Assembly: GCA_964016885.1 (NCBI GenBank)
Contig: OZ024758.1
Span: 22,134,001-22,198,000 of the forward strand
Source of the DNA: Eledone cirrhosa
Lineage: Eukaryota
DNA: 64,000 bases
Reading direction: 5' to 3'
Positions 56,201 to 64,000 of this stretch are shown here, piece by piece. Position 1 is the first letter of the stretch; the number at the start of each line of letters is the position of its first letter. Under the pieces are notes generated by a model, which was given only the letters and a program-made list of their open reading frames with translations, did not search any database and was not told the origin of the DNA. Both the position numbers and the translations under genes were made by a program.

Positions 56201-57393
56201 TTTACAGCCTGATGTCCTTCCTGGTGCCAACCCTATTTGTCCCCTCTTATGATATGCAGAGATCCGGGGAAATAATGTAGTATCTTTTGTTATTTTAGGG
56301 TTTAGTTGACCCTGTTGTTGAGTTGAACAAACTGACTAGAAAAGTGGAGAAAGTATTGAAAGAACTGGAGAAAATAGCAGCCTCTATGAACAGAGACCTG
56401 AAAAATAATAAACCTGTTGACGAGAAGAAAATAAAGACTGTGAGTATTGTTTCATCATCACCATTGTCATCGTTGTCATCACATCCACCATCTGTCCTTC
56501 CATATTGACATGGGTTAGATGTCTCATCACAGACCAAGTCAGTACTTGTTCAGAGATACTAACCTCTCTGACAAGCCAAGGGCCCACATCTCACTTGCTT
56601 ACGTTCAAGTGTTTTATAATAGCGCCCATATACTTGACACAACTAAGTTTTTCCAATTTTCTCTATCCTTCTCTGGAAGAAATCTGCTGTATTCAGACCT
56701 GGAGAGGAGATGGGACTTGCCAGGTTTAAATATTCCCTAGTAACGCCATATGTCAATACACTGCCCCTAGAACTGCATTGTCCAATGTATCTTGCTATGT
56801 TTTTAGTGGTGTAATTTGAGGGAAAATTGGTTGCCATTTTCAGTAAGTTGAGCGACCACTCTGAGGCTCATGATGGTTAGTTGTGGCAATAACAAAATTC
56901 TGATACTTACAAGAGTTGGCTGAAAAAGTTCATAGTCTGACCAAGATACTCTCATAGAATGACCAAATGAGGTTTATTTTTCAACATAATCCCTGGAAAG
57001 AAACAATGCAGTTATCAATAAGTTGAGTTAAAATTAATGCATGCAAGATTTCACAGTTCTAGCATCACTCCTTCATAGTCAGCCTACCCTCATCTATCTA
57101 TACACATATAGACAAAGTTCATAGTCTGACCAAGATACTCTCATGGAATGACCAAATAAGGTTTATTTTCAACATAGTCCCTGGAAAGAAACAATGCAGT
57201 TATCAATAAGAAAAAATTAATGCATGTAAGATTTCACAGCTCTAGCATCATTCCTTCATAGTCGTATAATAATAAAAATAATAACCAATGTATTTTAAAA
57301 TATATTTCTGTTTTATTCTAGGTTGAAAACCTCAATGCTGAACTTGGCCGACTTCAAACATACATGTCAGTCTTAGAGAAACTGGAATCTTGA
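36553..57393 (+). CDS. VARS2: Valine--tRNA ligase, mitochondrial type, 26 coding exons, about 1053 aa
   Basis: Exons: 36553-36762, 37761-37821, 38603-38706, 39820-39932, 40889-41053, 41409-41490, 42154-42273, 43250-43358, 43812-43991, 44444-44571, 45638-45741, 47055-47136, 47951-48027, 48109-48187, 49165-49264, 50102-50172, 50323-50448, 50977-51081, 51957-52104, 52995-53122, 53707-53862, 54116-54322, 54687-54798, 55435-55616, 56299-56439, 57322-57393. GT-AG introns, consistent phase, total 3162 nt. Class Ia ValRS motifs: [15 protein letters not shown] (HIGH), [15 protein letters not shown] (editing domain), [31 protein letters not shown], and a C-terminal coiled-coil-like end. Exon 1 is R/K/S-rich and almost free of acidic residues, like a mitochondrial presequence, and there is no N-terminal GST-like domain. 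Both points favour VARS2 over VARS1. Confidence 0.94.
39066..39305. repeat. 123-bp tandem dimer; related array at 34725-34905
   Basis: Unit begins AGTGATTCTTTCCTGAGACATTCTAACCACATGTCCATAGTATCGGAGCTGTGATCTC. Confidence 0.8.
42337..42560. mobile_element. piggyBac-type MITE, 216 bp with TTAA target duplication (representative full copy)
   Basis: TTAA|CCCTTTAGCATTTA...TAAATACTAAAGGG|TTAA. At least 14 more copies or derivatives at about 10310, 10520-10843, 14170, 19752, 26214, 32488, 37955, 40674, 44780, 45750, 48577, 51153, 53341, 55645, 57685. Confidence 0.85.
43005..43150 (-). mobile_element. Degenerate LINE RT fragment (RTE/BovB-like)
   Basis: The minus strand reads [12 protein letters not shown], then after a deletion and frameshift [27 protein letters not shown], a decayed version of G.KQGCVLAPTLF. 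Confidence 0.55.
43995..44335. repeat. CT-rich polypyrimidine low-complexity tract
   Basis: About 340 nt, almost entirely C/T, immediately after the VARS2 exon 9 donor. Confidence 0.85.
44780..45350. repeat. Roughly 60-bp tandem repeat derived from MITE interior
   Basis: Unit TGTGAGGTAAAGCCTTTACCATGAAAATATAATAGTAAATATAGAGTAATGTAAATGTTA. Similar arrays at 38095-38445 and 19760-19950. Confidence 0.9.
45770..46150. repeat. 48-bp tandem repeat (about 8 copies) derived from MITE interior
   Basis: Unit AACCAGCTGTATCCAGCCAGAATTCTCTCACCTCTTCCTGTTCAAACCTGTTAT-like; it translates as a repeating peptide on the minus strand. Confidence 0.85.
46715..47054. repeat. (TTG/TTA)n compound microsatellite with recurring AATATAG
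   Basis: Directly visible; it ends at the acceptor of VARS2 exon 12. Confidence 0.9.
48330..48522 (-). mobile_element. Second tRNA-derived SINE family (representative copy)
   Basis: The minus strand reads GGCGGTGAATTGGCAGTATCGGTAGAG...GAGTTCAAATCCC...AACTTTGCCTTTCATCC....GGGGTCGATAAAATAAAGTACCAG...GCCTTGTGCCTA. Other copies at about 14580, 21035-21210, 21816-21990, 32030-32190, 33795-33940, 46575-46712, 59200-59440, 61196-61325. Confidence 0.75.
48753..48915. mobile_element. Tc1/pogo-type MITE nested in a piggyBac-type MITE
   Basis: TA|CAGTGAAATTCTGTTATAA ... TTATAACGTAATTTTACCTT|TA interrupts the host MITE sequence AAATA^ATATCAAAATC. Confidence 0.65.
51350..51710 (-). mobile_element. RTE LINE 3' relic
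   Basis: [11 protein letters not shown]...[22 protein letters not shown]...DCDKWRDAV. Related relics occur at about 25900-26210 (-) and 15385-15530 (+). Confidence 0.75.
52541..52870 (+). mobile_element. tRNA-derived CORE-type SINE (copy of 11127-11460)
   Basis: Colinear near-identity with 11127-11460. Confidence 0.8.
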
Positions 57394-60300
57394 AATACCG
57401 AAGACATGTCTAACATATATGAAGAATTTTGTTCTTTTTCCGCACTAGTTTATATTTGGATAGGGTGGTAGAGTTATTTTGTTACCCAGTTTAACACCAC
57501 CACCACCACCACCTGGATTTTGGGTGCCTTTAGCAGAGTTTACTCTGTTGCAGACATTCAAGCCAAGACTCCAGAGGAATCCTTCCTTCCTTCCTCCCAT
57601 CCACTCACAAGTCTCAGAGGCCTTGGAAAGGATCATGAGCACTGCCCTTCCTTCCTTGACGAAACAGTAGAAAAAAAGCCTTAACCCTTTAGCATTTACA
57701 TTACTCTATATATAACTATTGTATTTTCACAGCAAACACTTTCTCACATAATATAGAATCTACGAGATTTTGAAATTATTTATTTTGTGAATAATACATT
57801 AACATCAGTATGAGTGTCTAGTTACGGCCAGTTTGAAGAGAAAGAGGTAAGAGAATTCTGGCCAGTTTAAATGCTAAAGGGTTAAAGAAATTGGAGGTAT
57901 ATTCTTTCACTTGTTTCAGTCATTAGGCTGCGGCCATGCTGGGGCACAGACTTGATGGGTTATATTCAGTCATATCAACTCCAGTGCAAATGGTATATTA
58001 TGTTAATTCACAAATGTACTTTAATAATGCTTGATTTTTTATTTTTTTTTTGTATTGCTACTTAGCAGTTCACTATCCAATCTAGAACCTTCTCACTCCT
58101 GTTGGAGGAACCCCTCTCTAGTTGACCTCCACTGCTTTCTGTTTGGTTTTGGTCATGTCAGGGGTGTAGCTGTACTCATCATGCTTGGCCATTTAACCTA
58201 TATTTGGGGTAGATGGCTCTTGAATCTGTGGACTTTATCCACCCTTTTAACAGCTCGTTTTCTGTGCTGCTGGGGTTTCACTTACCCTCCTTAACAGACC
58301 AGGGTTTGCTAAGGGAGCCAGTTTAGTCACCAACCACTTGACCATGAAGCAGGTTGTACTGGGCTACATGGTACCAGAAGCAGACAGAACCCTGACTGTA
58401 CCAGGCTCTAGTGAGGGAGCCAGTTTAGTCGCTGACCATGAAGACTTCTGTAATACAGTAAAATTTATAGTATGCTTCAGTTCACCAAGCTGATTGATTG
58501 GCTATTGATACATACATTTAATCAAGTAAGATCACTGATTGATTCTGTCACACCACATCATTTCATATGAGTTCAAATCTAGCCATGGTCTACTTTAACC
58601 ATTTTATCCCTTCCACGATCGATATCATTAAATATATCCCCCTACAAAATTTATTTCCTTCTGTTTATGTTAGAAATTAACGTTAGATGATGAGACAGAA
58701 TACCTTGCAGTATTTAGTTTTGATCCTTTACATTGGGTGTTCAAATCCCACGCTGGCAAAGGGTTGGACAGGCTGTTACTTTACAGAGTGTATGGGTGTA
58801 TTTTATCATGGCACCATCTTTTTCCATTCAGTGGGTCTGTATGCCCCGTTATTAGACTATATTATTTAGCCAAATATTACAGTGGAGCTTCTATTTTCAA
58901 ACCTTGCTCACCGCTTTCTAAACATACTTACTATTAATAATGTTCTTTATGCATAAGTTCAAAAACCAACCACCATGACAAATTAAAAAGAAAAAGAAAT
59001 GAGTAGTAGGAGAAAAAGTGGTAGCTAGGAATTGAACCTAAATATTACCTTCGGCAGCTAAAAACTCAACAGTAACTAATTTTTACAGGTTGCTATGAAA
59101 TTTGTGTCTGTGATGAAACTGTATGACATCTCAAGAAATAAACAAGTAAATATATATAAGAGTTTTTGTATGTTCTTAAATGGTTAAACTTTGCCTTTTG
59201 TGGTTGATAAAAAAGTACCAGTCAAGTACTGGGGTCAATTCTTCCTCACTTCCATTCTCTCTCTCTCTGTGGTTTGCCGGGGTCAACTTTGTCTTTCATC
59301 CTTTTGGGGTCGATAAAAAAAGTACTGGGGTCAATTCTTCCTCACTTCCATTTTCTCTCTCTGTAGTTTGCCGGGGTCAACTTTGCCTTTCATCCTTTTG
59401 AGGTCGATAAAAAAAGTACCAGTCAAGTATTGGGGTCAATTCTTCCTCTTTCTCACTTTACCTATGGCAATGAAAGGGTTAACTATGTGATCTGGATTGG
59501 GATTAGTTAAATTTTGGAGTACTGGACTTGGGTGAGGGACGGGAGGGTTTATTTCAAATGTGGGCTTATTATTTACATATTTTTCAAGATACAGATATTT
59601 GAAATTTATCTGATTTATTGGGATGGGAAAAAATACATACAGATACTGATACTGATATTGGGTAAAACGCATTTTGTACAAATTATTGTCTACATGATGA
59701 GAGGCAGCGAGAGTATAACTTTGATAGGTTTCGGCCATGTCTAAATTAATAGCACCATTGGTAGTATATATTATACTTTCTCTGGGGGGTTTGAAGGAAA
59801 CCAGCTGAATACAGATGGGTTCTGCCAGGTTTAAAATACCCAAGACACTGAATGTTATAATAGCACCCCTATAGTTATACCAGGACATCAGGGTTAAAGG
59901 GGGAAAGCTGGGATTTGTAGTAGAATTGACTGCTATTTCGAAGGAAGAAAAAACCCAATAACATAGGGACTCCTTTGTTGTCACATGATATCGTCTGTCT
60001 TTTTAGTGTTGGTCATGTGGATAGGTCCTGGAGAGGGTTGGGCCCCACCAGGTTTAAAAGTGCCCTAAACACACCGTATGGAGTTATGGGATCTTTATCC
60101 TTTATCCATGTGGATAGGTAAAGTGTTTAACAAAATATATTATAGTTAATATAACCTATTTTTTATTGGCCTGACTAATGTTGTAAGAAGTAACACAGTT
60201 TATTATAAAGGTTTCCTTGTTTATACATCATAACACTTTATTAGCTAGGTTAATGTTGTAAGAAGTAACAACACTTTATCATAAAGATTCCCTTGTGTGT

Positions 60301-61429
60301 ACATAACAAGTTTATTATAAAGGTTTCCTTGTTTGTACATAACACTGTTTATCATAAAGGTTTCCTTATTTGTGTGATATATAACAATTCACTTCACAAA
60401 ATACATAACTTTATGACTTTTTTTATGACAGTTTCATTCAGGTATTCCAGATGTAAAAAAAGAATATATTGTTTTCAGTTGTCTTCTTCAGTTAAATACA
60501 GACACTTTGTGTGGTGTGTGTAGTATGTAGGGGTTACCTGATTTACATGTATAAACATTAAAGAGCTCAATACATACTTGTGAGAAAGTGTGTCGAGTTT
60601 ATTACAAGTGTTGGTTTATTGGCAAATATGTAATTAAATCTGTACTAAAGGTTTCATACATACACACTATATACTTCCACACAAATATGTATTTAAAATA
60701 CTTCAATACGAACGTATGATTTTATATAAGCAGGATACAGACCCACCCACCCCACCCCCCGGTCTGTTTAGGAGGTTAGAAACCCCATTTCAGTACTGAC
60801 TTGGTCTATGTAGACCCATCCAACCTTTTTTTAGTAGCAGTTGTATATTTGTAGAAACCTAGTCAAAATCAGTTCTGTATGAGCAAGACATGGTCACTTG
60901 ACCTAACATGGCCCACAACAGGACAACTTGTCTAACCCATGCTTGCGTGGAAAGATGGACATACAACGATGATGATGATGCTTATGTGACAAATCACTTA
61001 ACAGGCAGGTGCCTCGTTAATGTATTTCATTGAATTTTAATTAGCTCAGTCAATTGTTATACCTCTAGCCTGTCGCAGGTTAGTCTCTATGTCACCTCAG
61101 ACATTGACACAAAGATGGGAATAGTTAGCTAGATGTGATTATTAATTAGCTTTCAACAGGTGGAAAGAATGCTTTGTGTTATTTGTTCTACCTTAGGGCG
61201 GTAGATTGGCAGAATCGGTAGAGTGTCGGACACTCAGCTTTGTTCTGAGTTCCATCGGGGTTAGTTTTGCCTTTCATCCTTACGGGGTCAATAAAATAAA
61301 GTACCAGTAACGCACTGGAGTCGATTTTATCTAAACACCACCACCAACATCATCTCACTGCCATCACACAACATATCATCACTGCAACCCTTAAAACGTC
61401 TACTAACATCAGCACTCTCTTCCATGGAT

Positions 61430-62430
61430 TGTATATATATATCTATATATATATATATGTATATATCTATATATATATATATGTATATATCTATATATAT
61501 CTATATGTATATATCTATATCTATCTATATCTATCTATATATATATCTATCTATATATATCTATCTATATCTATCTATCTATATCTATCTATATCTATCT
61601 ATCTATATCTATCTATCTATATCTATCTATATATATCTATCTATATATCTATCTATATATCTATATATATATATATCTATATATATCTATCTATATATAT
61701 ATCTATATATATATATCTATATATATCTATCTATATATATCTATCTATATATATATCTATATATATCTATCTATATATATCTATATATATCTATATATAT
61801 ATATCTATATATATATATATCTATATATATCTATATTCTATATATATATATCTATATATATCTATATATATATCTATATATATCTATATATATATCTATA
61901 TATATATCTATATATATCTATATATATCTCTATATATATCTATATATATCTCTATATATCTATATATATATCTCTATATATCTATATATATATCTCTATA
62001 TATCTATATATATATCTCTATATATCTATATATATATCTCTATATATCTATATATATATCTCTATATATATATCTCTATATATCTATATATATATCTCTA
62101 TATATCTATATATATATCTCTATATATATATATATATCTCTATATATATATATATATCTCTATATATATATATATATCTCTATATATATATATATATCTC
62201 TATATATATATATATATCTCTATATATATATATCTATATATATATATATATATCTATATATATATATATATATCTCTATATATATATATATATCTCTATA
62301 TATATATATATATCTCTATATATATATATATATCTCTATATATATATATATATATCTATATATATATATATATATCTATATATATATATATATATCTATA
62401 TATATATATATATCTATATATATATATATA

Positions 62431-62527
<97 letters not shown>

Positions 62528-62542
62528 ATATATATATATCTA

Positions 62543-62579
<37 letters not shown>

Positions 62580-63435
62580 ATATATATATATCTATCTATA
62601 TATATATATATATATATCTATATATATATATATATATATATCTATATATATATATCTATCTATATATATATATATATATATCTATATATATATATCTATC
62701 TATATATATATATATATATATCTATATATATCTATATATATCTATATATATCTATATATATATATATATCTATATATATCTATATATATATATATATATA
62801 TATATATCTATATATATATATATATCTATATCTATATATATATATCTATATCTATATATATATATCTATATCTATATATATATCTATATCTATATATATA
62901 TCTATATCTATATATATATCTATATCTATATCTATATCTATATATATATCTATATCTATATATATATCTATATATATATATATATCTATATCTATATATA
63001 TCTATATCTATATATATCTATATATATATATATATCTATATATATATATATCTATATATATCTATATATATCTATATATATCTATATATATATCTATATC
63101 TATCTATATCTATATATATCTATATCTATATATATCTATATCTATATCTATATATATCTATATATATCTATCTATATATATATCTATATATATATATATC
63201 TATATATATATATATCTATATATATATATATCTATATATATATATATCTATATATATATATATCTATATATATATATATCTATATATATATATATCTATA
63301 TATATATATATATATATCTATATATATATATATATATCTATATATCTATATATATCTATATATATATATATCTATATATATATATATATATCTATATATA
63401 TATATATATCTATATATATATATATCTATATATAT
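61430..63435. repeat. 2-kb (TA)n microsatellite with TC interruptions
   Basis: Directly visible; it abuts the Penelope-like ORF. Confidence 0.97.
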
Positions 63436-64000
63436 ACAATATTAAACATACAAGGGGTCAAATTCAAGAGAAACTTTAAAGGCCAGGAATATCTGAAAGG
63501 CATTAAGGATAACATTGAGAGCTTAGAGAAAACTGAGAAGATCTTGGTGAAATCTGACAAGACCAACAACCTCTATGGAGTGCAGAAAGACATGTATAAT
63601 GGCCTCATACTGAAAGAGCTGAGGAAAAAATACAAGGTAGCAGATAAGACCGAACTTGAGAAAATGAATGTTGAAGCATCTTGTATAATGCATGAGTTGG
63701 AAATTGAGAACAGAACACAACCTTTCGTGCCCAGGAAACCGAAGATCAATATGAAGGACCACAAGAGGAATTTTGAGATTGACCTGCCAGTTAGATTAAT
63801 CGCACCTTCAAAATCGGACCTGGGCAAATTAAGCAAAAACATTCTTGACAGGGTGATACTGCAAATTAAGAACTTGGATTATGTATCTAACCTGAGCTTG
63901 TGGAAGGGAACTGGAGAGGTTGTTGAGTGGTTTAGGCAAATTAAATATGACAATAATAATAGGTTTATTCAACTTGATATAGCTAACTATTATTCTTCTA
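63436..64000 (+). mobile_element. Penelope-like retroelement reverse transcriptase ORF fragment, 5'-truncated, runs off the window
   Basis: About 188 open codons: [12 protein letters not shown] (DKT version of the PLE DKG motif), [54 protein letters not shown] (first catalytic Asp motif of RT). It is absent from the ORF track because no stop occurs before the edge. Confidence 0.85.

Noticed and set aside
59070-59984. Acceptor-like TTTTACAG with AATAAA near 59137, and a 182-aa minus-strand ORF at 59436-59984
   Set aside because: No recognisable homology. The ORF overlaps repeat-derived sequence also seen near 33700-33750. A VARS2 3'UTR exon cannot be supported without transcripts.

Overview
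Eukaryotic (animal) genomic DNA: AT-rich, dense in (TA)n-type microsatellites, SINEs, MITEs and LINE relics. The repeat families resemble those of octopod cephalopods, but that taxon call is an inference. I reconstructed two complete multi-exon genes by hand using GT-AG junctions with consistent reading phase. GTF2H4 (TFIIH p52) lies on the minus strand with 14 coding exons (10917-36275, about 455 aa). Mitochondrial valyl-tRNA synthetase VARS2 lies on the plus strand with 26 coding exons (36553-57393, about 1053 aa). They are head-to-head, with 277 bp between start codons. The most notable extras are: (1) a probable two-exon, 172-aa CxxC...CxxC gene nested antisense in GTF2H4 intron 5; (2) non-coding repeats carrying type I hammerhead ribozyme motifs, arranged as inverted pairs, one of them sense within a GTF2H4 intron; (3) a conserved structured leader with possible HDV-like topology on an RTE-derived element; (4) an open Penelope-like RT frame running off the right edge; (5) a TTAA/piggyBac-type MITE family that seeds local satellites; (6) many foldback hairpins. 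Most long ORFs in the supplied track are microsatellite artefacts.
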